DNA of 38,076 nucleotides from Octopus bimaculoides (Eukaryota): positions 27,453,873 to 27,491,948 of the forward strand of contig NC_068987.1 of assembly GCF_001194135.2 (NCBI RefSeq). Reading direction: 5' to 3'. Below, piece after piece: positions 24,136 to 37,071 of this stretch (positions are counted from its first letter, which is position 1; each line of letters begins with the position of its first letter). The translations under genes were made by a program, and so were the position numbers. The notes below the pieces were generated by a model. It was not told where the DNA came from. It ran no database searches and saw only the letters and a list, made by a program, of their open reading frames with translations.

Positions 24136-26279
24136 AATAATTACAATAAGACACTGGTAGAAGTGTCCATAGTAAGATTAGTTGCTGATAATCGAAAATT
24201 AATCAGCTGATGCGCATAGAAAGCCAAGCGATACATTTGTAAACATTTGTTGCAGTTTAAGTCACTTATAACCCAAAGAAGAAAAACGAAAATCTTCCAG
24301 AGATGTAAAGGCATGGGGACTGTCAGATCATATATCTGAACATGTCTGTGCACATGTGGGCATATTTTGTTGGAGAAGAAAGACAGTTGCTAAAACATTC
24401 AAATTTCATCTTATGCCACTGATGTTACCCAAATGAGAGGCAACATACTCGTGCCGATAGACATTGGCACACATTTCTGGAGGGCATTGTTGTGAGAAGG
24501 GTAAAAACTGACACACATACCACATGACATCATGCTCGACTCTCTTAATGTTTTGCCAGTCCATATATTGGTGCTTTTGTCCAATCCATAAGGGTTTGAA
24601 GTCATATCCGAGAATGAAATGTAAGGCTTGGGGCATTTCATATCTTGTCAACTCTCTAATGACTGTCAATTCGTTATATTATACAGGCCACTAATATAAG
24701 TAGATTGAGAGCATTACATTTTATAGAGTATAGTCTACTTTATCCCAATAGTTCAGGTTTGACACATAGAAGAATTCAGCTGTGAGCTTAGGAAAGTGAA
24801 GGAATATATGTACTTTTACAACGATACTTTAGAAGTATTCTACTAAGAAGGTTACTTAAATGTATTTATTTGAAATACTGCAAGATTTAAAGCATATGTA
24901 AGGATTACATTATTTCGATAGCGTAATTGACTGAAGATGTTGTAGTATTTAGTGAGGGAAATTATCATTTACGCCAGGAAAATGTAACGTAAGTACCAGT
25001 TATATACAGTTTAAATTGGCAATAGAGTTTAGATTGGCTGAATAGTGTAAGTGTCAGACAAAAATGAATTACTAGTCAAGTGTTTGTGACGATTTAACAT
25101 TTTTATCTTACAACCTAGATGTGAATGGAATTATGATAAAAGAGAAAACTATACTCCACTCTGCAAATTGTAAATTGTTCACCATCGTATTCAAGTATGC
25201 TGACATCTTTATTGTTGTCTTGTACTACTTGAAATAGATATCTTAACATTGTATAATAGAAACACGAGGAGAAACTTTACTTTAGAGCAGCTGAAAGTAT
25301 ACTTATTTTCTGTTTTCAGATTTAGCAGCAATCCAAGTAGATTAAGCACCTATCATTTTAGTTTATATTCAAGATCAGAAACGTATGCACTTATTAGAGT
25401 TCATGAACATTTTATCTTCGAAAACTGCTACTTTATTGTAAAAAGCAAGAGTAAGATGCGTCGTTCTAACATTTAAACATGCATAGTGATATTAATTGTA
25501 TAGAGGAATCCAATATATGCGGGAATTAAATTTGAATAAAATTTTGCATTGCCTTTCGTCTATGCTGAAACAAATCTTGACTAACACCCTAACACACTTG
25601 TATTAAATTGTATATATTAAGGATTATTTTTCAGCAATATTGATGCCATAATTTATAAAGTGATTTTAATAAACTTAAAAGAAAAGGCAAAAAAATATAT
25701 AAAATATATTTAGTCCCATAGGTTTATTCCTGACCGTTTCTCTTAATAAATGCTTAACATTTGCGACTTCAAAGATAATTCATGTTATTGTTGACACAAA
25801 TATATTTACTCAGAATTTTTACATATGAAATATATAGAAAAAAAAACAACTATATATTTTTGAGTCTATATTTTCGCACTTCATTGATCCACGGTAAATT
25901 TATTACACAGTGTCACACAATGCATTTTCTTCGCTTAAAACCACAACGAATCAATAATAAATAATGACACATGAGTTCGTCTTGTGTCAAGAGATATTTT
26001 TTGCAAAAAATCTCATCTCAGCGCATGTGATAGATAAATTTGACGAGAAGATTATGAAAGGAGCTCACACAAAGATATTACAATATGAGGCATCAGAAAT
26101 AAATCTTCCGGCAAACTGATAGGTATTGCTAATTCCTTTAAGCCCGTTTCAAAAATCTACACAGAAACAAAATATCCGGACGAGACATATTTGAAAACTA
26201 TTTTTGATGAATTATTATGTCTGAAATTGTATATAGTTCTTAAGCTATAGTATACATTGCCTATACATTATAAAGTTAT

Positions 26280-26330
<51 letters not shown>

Positions 26331-26359
26331 CATTTCATGTATGTATGTATGAATGTATG

Positions 26360-26394
<35 letters not shown>

Positions 26395-26471
26395 TTATGT
26401 ATATATATGATAAACAGATAAATAGATATGAGTTTATGTCTACAAATACTTGTGTGTGTATATGTATAAAT

Positions 26472-26852
26472 AGGCTCATGTGTGGCTGTGTGGTAAGAAG
26501 TTAATTTCTATCCACACGGTTCTGGGTTCAGTCCCACTGTGGGGCAACTTGAGCAAGCACCTTCTACTAAAGCCTCAGGCCACCAAGTCCTTTTGAGACC
26601 ATTTGGTAAATGGAAACTTAAAGAAACCATCGAATACATATCTATATATAACTGTATGTGTGAGACATTGCGGCTTTGTTTCCCCCCACCACTGCCTGAC
26701 ACGCAGCGTTCGTGTGTTTATGTACCCTAAACATCCAGATAAAATAAGTACCAGAAAAGCATTAGTAGTGACATTGAATCATTCTATTAAAATTCTTAAA
26801 GGCTGTGGCCCAGTATGATCACAATCTAATGACTGAAACATGTAGAAAAACA
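26472..26852 (+). mobile_element. Octopod tRNA-derived SINE (family C), near full length
   Basis: A-box tggctgtgtggt, B-box gggttcagtccc, then gcaacttgagcaagcaccttctact...tggaaacttaaagaa...gataaaataagtaccag...gactgaaaca. Confidence 0.88.
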
Positions 26853-26873
26853 TATATGTATATATATATATAT

Positions 26874-27694
26874 NNNNNNNNNNNNNNNNNNNNNNNNNNN
26901 NNNNNNNNNNNNNNNNNNNNNNNNNNNNNNNNNNNNNNNNNNNNNNNNNNNNNNNNNNNNNNNNNNNNNNNNNNNNNNNNNNNNNNNNNNNNNNNNNNNN
27001 NNNNNNNNNNNNNNNNNNNNNNNNNNNNNNNNNNNNNNNNNNNNNNNNNNNNNNNNNNNNNNNNNNNNNNNNNNNNNNNNNNNNNNNNNNNNNNNNNNNN
27101 NNNNNNNNNNNNNNNNNNNNNNNNNNNNNNNNNNNNNNNNNNNNNNNNNNNNNNNNNNNNNNNNNNNNNNNNNNNNNNNNNNNNNNNNNNNNNNNNNNNN
27201 NNNNNNNNNNNNNNNNNNNNNNNNNNNNNNNNNNNNNNNNNNNNNNNNNNNNNNNNNNNNNNNNNNNNNNNNNNNNNNNNNNNNNNNNNNNNNNNNNNNN
27301 NNNNNNNNNNNNNNNNNNNNNNNNNNNNNNNNNNNNNNNNNNNNNNNNNNNNNNNNNNNNNNNNNNNNNNNNNNNNNNNNNNNNNNNNNNNNNNNNNNNN
27401 NNNNNNNNNNNNNNNNNNNNNNNNNNNNNNNNNNNNNNNNNNNNNNNNNNNNNNNNNNNNNNNNNNNNNNNNNNNNNNNNNNNNNNNNNNNNNNNNNNNN
27501 NNNNNNNNNNNNNNNNNNNNNNNNNNNNNNNNNNNNNNNNNNNNNNNNNNNNNNNNNNNNNNNNNNNNNNNNNNNNNNNNNNNNNNNNNNNNNNNNNNNN
27601 NNNNNNNNNNNNNNNNNNNNNNNNNNNNNNNNNNNNNNNNNNNNNNNNNNNNNNNNNNNNNNNNNNNNNNNNNNNNNNNNNNNNNNNNNNNNNN
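26874..27694. other. Assembly gap (821 N) flanked by (TA)n
   Basis: N run. Confidence 0.99.
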
Positions 27695-27747
<53 letters not shown>

Positions 27748-30119
27748 CACATATATATCTATACGTATATATACGTATACACACATGCACAAACACACAC
27801 ACACACACACATACACAATAAGGAAGTTCCATTTCGTAAACAATCCTACTTCAATCTGCATTTTGTAATGTAATGAAGTGACAACATCGTAAATTTAAAT
27901 AATATAACTTACTGCATCTAATATCATAATTTGAAATTCCACACAGTCTTATTAATGCTATCATAATGAACAGCAATGAATGCACGAATACATTTAACAT
28001 TTATTATTTTAATAACTTGCTGCTGTTTGTATAATTTACAAGAATTCTCACTCCGCGGTAAATTAAATTTATGATTATGCTTACAGATATGGTGAATTTA
28101 ATTTTTCTAAAAAGATACCAACTGCATTGAACTGCTTTATTTAGCGTGAGACACCTATTTTATCTCTCAATAAACATTCAGTAAACAATTGTTTACTGTG
28201 TAAGTAGATAATGTTGATTTGGTAAAAATGTTTCAAGATACTGATGAATAACAATCTAATAATCATTTTCGATTAAATATCTTCACATTTTCATATTCAT
28301 TTTTCATTAAAGTAAATGGGAATGTCGATCAGGTGGATGACGATCCTGAAGAAATGCTAGACATGTCGATAATATACGATAGCTAAATATTATTATATAT
28401 CTTGGGAACAACGTTTGAAATTCTACTAAAACCAATACTACAATTTGAAGCTTATATTATTTGAAAATGTAAAAACTTTGAACCAAAAGTTTTATGCAAT
28501 ACTTATATACAATTTACCAAAATAATATTCCGGGAAAAATGTTTTATTTCCCCTATATAATCTAACAGCCAAAGGATAGCCTGTCGATACTCTACCAAGT
28601 TCACTGCCAGTTAAGTAGCTTAAGTGAATCCAATGAATTCTTAGACATCAAAATCAAAAACTTAGACATCAAAAACAGCACTGCACGTAATGCACACATG
28701 AATTATTAATTCGTGCTTCTTAGAATATATTGCGTCAAGTTTGATAATAATGAAGAATTACAGGAAAACTTTCGCAATATAGTTATAATTTTATTATCAA
28801 ACTGATGTTTGATATATAAGCCAAGAAAACGTTATTACATGAAAGTATGAAAGAATATTTTAATTTCCGAAAAAGTTTAAGAAACAATGAAATTTCGCGG
28901 TTGAATTGACGTCGAAAGTGTTAAAATGACAGTGGTAAAGATCAGTTTTATGACGTGTTTCTTTGAACAATATTTTCTTTCTAACATTTTGAAAAAGGAG
29001 ATATATTTTAAAGTATAATTCCAAACAATCTCTATAATTAATTCAATATTTATATTTTATCAACAAAATAGAAACGTATATATACAAATAGAAAATTTAA
29101 AATGCATTCCCACATCTATTTTTAGAAAATGTTAATATTACCAATATTTTAAAGAAACAAGAATGTTAAATATTTGGAAGGTGTTTTCTACACAACCTAA
29201 ATCTCAGGGTAGATATTAAATAAAAATAAATTTTAAAAAATGAGTTCGACATTATTTATGGGCACTAGAACGGATAGAGGAATTTGACGTGATGTGACAT
29301 GACTCTGACAATTTGGTCTGTATGGACTTCAAATAACATTAGAACAACATAATCTCTTATATTATAAATTAATGTCATTAAAATACAGAACAGAAAGACT
29401 TTAGACTATATTTTTATTTGACTATTTTATTGGTATTGTGTAGAGAATTAAAATTTAAGAAGCTTAGGCATTCTTTAGTAGAAAACAATATATGGTATAA
29501 ACCAAGCAGCTAGAAAATGCAAAAAAGTAAGGGAAAAGCTTAAAAAAACTACACAATCTAATCCATGAAATGATCTAAACATTTTTTACCATCAATTAAT
29601 ATGCGTGCATATCATATTTTTATAGGACTCATAGCATTTAATTATTGCTTTTGACATCGAAGGGAAACGTTACAAATTTCATATCCATGATGATCCACTT
29701 TATCGTACTGCGTTGCATGAAATTCGTTTTATTATACTATGTAAATAAAATATTTTGGATATCTTTGCAAACTAGAAGTGTTTCTATATTTTGTAAGCTT
29801 TATGCTCAAAGACGAACTGTCGTGATTTTTCGGTGTGTTTTACTATTTATTAAGCAGCCATATGCGAATGTGTGGGCGTTTGAATGTGTACGTGTGTACG
29901 TGCGCATGTTTGAATGTCTACGTGCATGCTATTTTTTTAAATAAGACTCTCTATATGTTTATGTATATTTCTGGAGTTTCATGTATGGTGTTGTGTGATT
30001 CTCACAAATTAATATTTTACCATGATTTTTCAGTTTCTACTTCGCTTTAGTATTTATGTACACACACGCGCGCACACGCACACACACACACACACACTAT
30101 CACTGCGTACTAAACCAAC

Positions 30120-30755
30120 ACATTTTTGTCTTCTTTTTAATTTCTTGATCGTCAATTACAATTTTCTATGCGTATTGTTACTTACTACCTAAAATATTCT
30201 TCTCACCTTATATTTCTACTCCTTCCCCCACTTACCCTTTTTACCCGTAAACGTACAAATACATACGCCTACATACATCTTCACTTCATTCGTTAATTTC
30301 TCTTTATTTCTTGTATCAATTTACGCCTCTTGACCATAAAACGGCTCGCCCTGCTTAAACTCCCCACACTACCTTACTTTATTGAAACATATTTTCTTTT
30401 GTCTCCCATGACCAAAGATATTTCACTCCACCATATCCTCTCCAATTTCCTTTCTCTTCAAATGCCAATCCCTCAACTGAATTCTGAAATGATTAAACTA
30501 AAACTACTATATTATCTACCACTGACCCGTCCAATTCCACTGTTCCCTCATTCCCCTATTCTTTATTCTATCTTTTAAAAATTTATAGATTTTATTTATT
30601 TATTTTTCTTTCTTTTCTTACTTCCCTTCTTCTATTACTTATTTCTCCTCCTTATTTATATACCCCTCACGAACTGTGCCCTTCACACATTCTGATCGAA
30701 TCTTTGCGTGAATTTGTACCTCCTTGCGACAATGTAATAATTATTCCAATCAAGA
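30120..30755 (+). mobile_element. Possible degraded retroelement terminus (C/T-rich)
   Basis: Strong strand-skewed composition like 23345-24135 and a very degenerate ctgat..gaa motif near 30692. No protein evidence. Confidence 0.28.
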
Positions 30756-30888
30756 TATCATTGGCTTGAAGTGTGGTCGTCGGTGTAAACCTCACCTGTA
30801 TTTACTACTTCTGAGGTTCTACCCACTATGAGAAATGTGTTGCCTGGATTTCCCATACTCCATTCCGTAACACTTGTATATATATATA

Positions 30889-31820
30889 NNNNNNNNNNNN
30901 NNNNNNNNNNNNNNNNNNNNNNNNNNNNNNNNNNNNNNNNNNNNNNNNNNNNNNNNNNNNNNNNNNNNNNNNNNNNNNNNNNNNNNNNNNNNNNNNNNNN
31001 NNNNNNNNNNNNNNNNNNNNNNNNNNNNNNNNNNNNNNNNNNNNNNNNNNNNNNNNNNNNNNNNNNNNNNNNNNNNNNNNNNNNNNNNNNNNNNNNNNNN
31101 NNNNNNNNNNNNNNNNNNNNNNNNNNNNNNNNNNNNNNNNNNNNNNNNNNNNNNNNNNNNNNNNNNNNNNNNNNNNNNNNNNNNNNNNNNNNNNNNNNNN
31201 NNNNNNNNNNNNNNNNNNNNNNNNNNNNNNNNNNNNNNNNNNNNNNNNNNNNNNNNNNNNNNNNNNNNNNNNNNNNNNNNNNNNNNNNNNNNNNNNNNNN
31301 NNNNNNNNNNNNNNNNNNNNNNNNNNNNNNNNNNNNNNNNNNNNNNNNNNNNNNNNNNNNNNNNNNNNNNNNNNNNNNNNNNNNNNNNNNNNNNNNNNNN
31401 NNNNNNNNNNNNNNNNNNNNNNNNNNNNNNNNNNNNNNNNNNNNNNNNNNNNNNNNNNNNNNNNNNNNNNNNNNNNNNNNNNNNNNNNNNNNNNNNNNNN
31501 NNNNNNNNNNNNNNNNNNNNNNNNNNNNNNNNNNNNNNNNNNNNNNNNNNNNNNNNNNNNNNNNNNNNNNNNNNNNNNNNNNNNNNNNNNNNNNNNNNNN
31601 NNNNNNNNNNNNNNNNNNNNNNNNNNNNNNNNNNNNNNNNNNNNNNNNNNNNNNNNNNNNNNNNNNNNNNNNNNNNNNNNNNNNNNNNNNNNNNNNNNNN
31701 NNNNNNNNNNNNNNNNNNNNNNNNNNNNNNNNNNNNNNNNNNNNNNNNNNNNNNNNNNNNNNNNNNNNNNNNNNNNNNNNNNNNNNNNNNNNNNNNNNNN
31801 NNNNNNNNNNNNNNNNNNNN
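30889..31820. other. Assembly gap (932 N) flanked by (TA)n
   Basis: N run. Confidence 0.99.
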
Positions 31821-32447
31821 ATATATATAGCCAAATAAACACACCTGCTATATGCTTTTTCTTCACTCGTTTATTGCTGTTCTTATTTTATTATGTCCAT
31901 TATCCGGAAATCTGTGACGTCTTCAGCGGTAAATTTCATTTTCGTGTGCATTCTTGCTCCACTTACTCCATTATGTTCTACTAAGATGTGTATCCGTATA
32001 TACGCATGCGTTTATGTCCTTCAGCCTGTGTGTATGCGTGTGTATGTGTGTGCGTATGCTTGTGTGTGTGTGTGTGTGTGTGTCATCCTTTTTAGCAGCA
32101 GTGGGACCTCTCCTTCAGCCCCAACCTCTCACCCCATTGTGCTGCTGCTGTCCTAAGACTTGAAAAAAGATGGCACAGTACCTGCATTCCTCTATGTATG
32201 TGTGTTTGCCCACGGTGTTGCTACCGTGGTTGTTGTTGTTATTACCATCGTTGGCACCGCCGGTCCTGATGACAGTCTTAGTTGTGTTGTTGACATCGTT
32301 ATGGCCGTCCATGAAGTTTCATGTGCGTGTTTGTATGCGTGTATGGGTTCGCTTCGTATGTATCCATGCCCTTTATATAGTTTCATTTATTTATTCATTT
32401 TAACTATATCTGTCTTACATTTATCAAAGGTATGTGGCAGATATCTT

Positions 32448-32483
<36 letters not shown>

Positions 32484-32529
32484 CTTTCTCACAAGTATCA
32501 CAGGTAAGTACCTACATTGCCTATAGTGT

Positions 32530-32940
32530 GTACATTACCATGTATGCTTCTGTGTATTATTTACGTTTTTTCCCTTTCCCTCTTAGTGATGTGGCGTGGT
32601 GGTGGGTGTTACTCTTCCAATCATGTTTTCTATAGAGGCTCAGTCAGTCTACTGTTGTGTGTGTAGCCTCTGTAATCTCTCTAAGTGTCGTGTCAGTTCT
32701 ATATGTCGATAGTACTTTAATCTCTATGCTATTAATCGAGCCTACATGTTCTGTCTGAGCATGTTGGTAGAGCAACTGACCAGCTTTTTCCTTCTTTGAA
32801 CTCTCACCTTTAGTTTCTTTCATGCTGCGTACAGTCCCTCCTATGTAGGTAGTTGTCATGTTTCTCCACCGTCCCTCAGTACATCGTAAGTTATGCACTA
32901 TATTCCAAAAGTTACAGTAAACCTGGGAGTTATCTCCCTG
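32530..32940 (-). mobile_element. Penelope-like element remnant: GIY-YIG endonuclease domain with in-frame stop
   Basis: Reads CNFWNIVHNLRCTEGRWRNMTTTYIGGTVRSMKE...LYQHAQTEH...IEIKVLSTYRTDTTLREITEATH..*LSLYRKHDW. This follows the PLE pattern C..N.VY...C...YIGET.R...R..EH...H...R.I.EA..I...LNRK.EW. Confidence 0.75.
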
Positions 32941-32943
32941 TGA

Positions 32944-33330
32944 GGATGATGATGATGATTATATATATCCTTTATTTACAATTGACGGATATTTGGGTAT
33001 TGGTAAGCGTTGGGAATGTATAAGTCTTTCAGACTGTTATGCGTTGGGGGTTGGTAAACTTTGGGGATTAGTAAATGGTTGTCTTGCTCGTGGGTTGGTT
33101 GGTATCGGATACCTTGATGCAGGTGGTGTAGAGTAGCAGCTGAGGCTAAGGTGGTATATCCGGGTTGTCACCAACCAGGGGCCTGAAATTTTTCAGAAGA
33201 GCGTACCTCTGGTTACAGCAATACCATAAATCATATTTCTTGTTGGTGGATACTGCGGGTTGTTGGAGGATATGCAATTTTTCGCGGGGGAAGAGCTGGT
33301 AGTTGGAGGAACCGGATGGATATGGTTGAC
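32944..33330 (-). mobile_element. Probable degraded LINE 3' end with (ATC)n tail
   Basis: Minus strand EKLHILQQ..STNKKYDLWYCCNQ loosely resembles the KLQ.LQN.ALR...PWY.RN motif of I/Jockey-group ORF2 ends; aaataaaggat precedes (ATC)n at 32944-32959. Confidence 0.4.
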
Positions 33331-34681
33331 GCTCTGCGTGCGTGCGTGTTCGTCCAAGCGCATGTGTGCATGTGTGAGTGTATATCTGCAGACGTGTGCG
33401 CGAGAGCCCATGTACAGATGCGCACACTCGCATCAATATACGCATGCATGCAAATCTATATGAGCGCGTCTTCACATTCACATATAGAACTATATATTTG
33501 CATATGCCACCCTTAGTACCCACCTCCAACAACCTGACCGATTTCTAATCGCTACGTCCTCTTTTTCCTTTCCTCCACGTAGTCCATTTCCTGTTTGCCA
33601 TGCAGTATTTTACAACTAACTCTTACCCATATACCAACATGAATCCACGACACCTCCCTCGACCAATCGCAGCCCACCTTACAGTTATTACGATCAACTT
33701 CTGTCATTCAAATTCAAAATGGCTAACGAATAGCATCACGCTTGAAACTGAAGAGTAATGATGAATTTGAATCAAACTGTTTTGATTCATACATGTAGCT
33801 ACCAATAAATTGGTTGAGTACCCGTCTTTCTTTTGTCCACTCACTCGTTCTCGTATACATATTTGGATATATGTGAGCATGTATGTACGCATGTGCAAGT
33901 GTGTGTGGATAATACATATACATGTTTACAAACATATTAACAATCTAAACAACTATAATTATCTCACAATAACATGAAAGAAGTAATTAAAATTAACGTT
34001 TATCATTTGCCAGATGTTCTTACAGGACAATTATTAAATAACATTATATATTAATCATCAATGTAAGCAGAATAATAGCAGGATACGTAATATAAATAGA
34101 TTGAAAGCGATTCTCTCTGGTTTCTACAATACGCATTCAGCAAAATATATTTGTCAATATTGGAGGTGGTTGACTTCCGTCGAACGTAGAGATCTTATGT
34201 AGCTGACGAACTAAATTAATGCAAGTGACCACGCATTCTATAAACCTATGTAGTCTTAACGTAATTCTATAGAATTAGAAGACACAATATGTGGCTACGA
34301 TGTACAAATTAGAGTAACAATCTACCCGATGAAGTGTACACTTTGCGTAAACCTAATTTCACACACAAATGAAGGCTATAAAAATTGACATTTGCTCCAG
34401 ATGGCTTGCATCTAATTCGGCCACATTGCGCTCCTTATTGCAATAATGAATGGAATATAAAGAAAGCGTACAGAATACATCAGAAATTTGAAACTGTCTG
34501 AACGTCATATTTACATTTAATACCCATATCATTTACTGATGAAAATATAATTTCCTCTTTCTAATGTACATATGATCGTATACATAAAAACATACGTGCG
34601 TACACACACGTCTGTGTATGTGTGCGCGTGTGTATACATCGACATTAAATATCTACAAACTGTATTCATACGCATGCACAC

Positions 34682-34729
<48 letters not shown>

Positions 34730-35682
34730 TGATTGTAGCATGAACGTAGTAGTATATCACTGTTTCTTTCTCTACTCCATATATATGTTTTAATTAATCT
34801 TTATGTTATATTGTGTTTGCATTATTGAATGACTACATTCTGCAATCATTGACATTATATGTCTAACAATGCAACGCTTTCAATTTTCTTTACCTTTCTA
34901 AATATCTGCAGCTTCATTATTATGAAGTATTTGTATATTTAGTTTAAAACGAGAATTAACTTTGTGTGTTACTGTATCTGCTTTGAAAGTACAGCATAGT
35001 TTACTGAAATGCCCCGGAGACACAGATAATTGTGTTCTCATCCGTTCATAGTAGCCAATTATGCTACATAACTACATAATAACCAATAGAAATATAGTCT
35101 AATCAACGTTGTTACAATGAGAGGAGGAACCTATTGAACAAGCTGACTCTATAGGGCTTAGTAATGAGAGAAATGGCTATTCAAGCTCTATACTCATGTT
35201 CTGGATACAAAAAAAGGTCAACAGTTATAAATAAGGCTAATCACGCCACTTGATAAACGAAATATGATTGCGAATCTTCTAATCAGTGAACGAAAAATAA
35301 AAAGATTAACAATATTACGATAACGTATTTGGTAATATTTTAGTGGTTAGTAAATTTAACTATAATGGGAGATGCTATTTGATTCTAAATAATTTAGTCA
35401 TAATTTAAAACTAATTTCGCTGAACTGGCATGACAACACAAAAGAAAGAGTGTATTGGGCAACACTGAATAACTAATAATCAAATTGCTAAAATGCATTC
35501 TAATGTACAAACTACGAAGCATGATCATAAATGTCATTCACCAGCCGCTTATCCAGAAATAATTTTAAAATGCGATGATATATGTTAGGATAGAGCATAA
35601 TTGCATTACGGCACCGTTCACAATTTTTCTGTGATAGAATAATTTACAACATCCTTTCCGGTTGTATCATCGTCTATAAATA

Positions 35683-35883
35683 AATACTGGTTTCAAATGT
35701 TGGCTCAAGGCCAGCTATTTCGATTATATCAATCTCAGTGATCAGCACGTACGCATGTTATCGATCCTGAAAGAATGAAAGCCAAAGTCGATCTCGGCGG
35801 AATTTGAACTCTGAGTGTAAAGGCAGATTAATGCCGCTAAGTATTGTGCCTGGCGTGTTAACGATTCTGCCAGCTGACTGACT
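35683..35883 (-). mobile_element. Family A SINE, near full length
   Basis: aaagtcgatctcggcggaatttgaactctgag...gcctggcgtgttaacgattctgccagct. Confidence 0.88.
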
Positions 35884-36366
35884 TAGACTGAATAAAAATG
35901 TTATTAATTAATGGGATTGGTTTCCCTTTCGAGGGGATTGAACTCATCAACTGTTACTGCCAAATATAAGAAATCCGATTATATGAAGCTTCTCGTAAAA
36001 TTTATGGTAGCGGTATTAATATACAGTAAAATAGTTCTGATAAATACGTGCATAACAGAATTAAACTGTTCTCTTGAGAGCAGCTCAATGCAGCAGAATT
36101 ACCTTTATGAGAAAGTTCGACCGAAAACCACAGATTTTAACACTATTGTGTAACGTGGTGATATCAGTAATCGTGAAAGGTAAATGTAGGGGAAGATAAT
36201 ATTTGTTTTAGAATGCAAGCTGACACTTCCTGTATGCAGAAAATCGATGCAATCCGTGATTATATGTGTCTAAAATTAATCAAACATGTTACCCCATAAG
36301 TTACAACTACATTTTGATTGTGCAAATATATTTCTCTTCTCTTTTTCTATGTGTTATGTATATATA

Positions 36367-36501
36367 NNNNNNNNNNNNNNNNNNNNNNNNNNNNNNNNNN
36401 NNNNNNNNNNNNNNNNNNNNNNNNNNNNNNNNNNNNNNNNNNNNNNNNNNNNNNNNNNNNNNNNNNNNNNNNNNNNNNNNNNNNNNNNNNNNNNNNNNNN
36501 N
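36367..36501. other. Assembly gap (135 N) flanked by (TA)n
   Basis: N run. Confidence 0.99.
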
Positions 36502-36571
36502 TATATATACGGACATACGTGAATGTACATGGACAAACAGATACATGCATACATTGAACACACATGTAATA

Positions 36572-36601
36572 TGTATGTATGTATGTATGCATGTATGTAT
36601 G

Positions 36602-36635
<34 letters not shown>

Positions 36636-36661
36636 TGTATGTATGTATGTATGTATGTATG
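36572..36661. repeat. (GTAT)n microsatellite
   Basis: Directly visible. Confidence 0.95.
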
Positions 36662-36832
36662 CAAATATATATGTGTGTGTATCAGTGTAAGTATGTAGAG
36701 ATGTGCTAGCGTATTTACCGTATTGAATTTTCTATACCATTGTCTTGTACTTTCTATTCCTTTCCCTAATGTAACATTCATCTATTTGTATGCACGTATG
36801 AAAACACACGTCACGTGTATGTAAGTGCGTGC

Positions 36833-36833
<1 letters not shown>

Positions 36834-36875
<42 letters not shown>

Positions 36876-36891
36876 TGAGTGTACGCGCTTG

Positions 36892-36936
<45 letters not shown>
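36834..36936. repeat. (TG)n and (TA)n microsatellites
   Basis: Directly visible. Confidence 0.95.
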
Positions 36937-36938
<2 letters not shown>

Positions 36939-37038
36939 TACCTGCGTCTCATACTAAATGTATATATTCCGCTGGAAGAAAAGATATGGAATTGTCCTAG
37001 CTGATGTCACCCTATAGATTTGCTGTGTTGTAAACACA

Positions 37039-37071
<33 letters not shown>

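Noticed and set aside
28640-28674. cttagacatcaaaa repeated at 21-bp spacing
   Set aside because: Ordinary slippage micro-duplication.
33258-33535. 12-bp inverted match ggttgttggagg / cctccaacaacc
   Set aside because: Flanks do not extend and both lie in compositionally skewed repeats.
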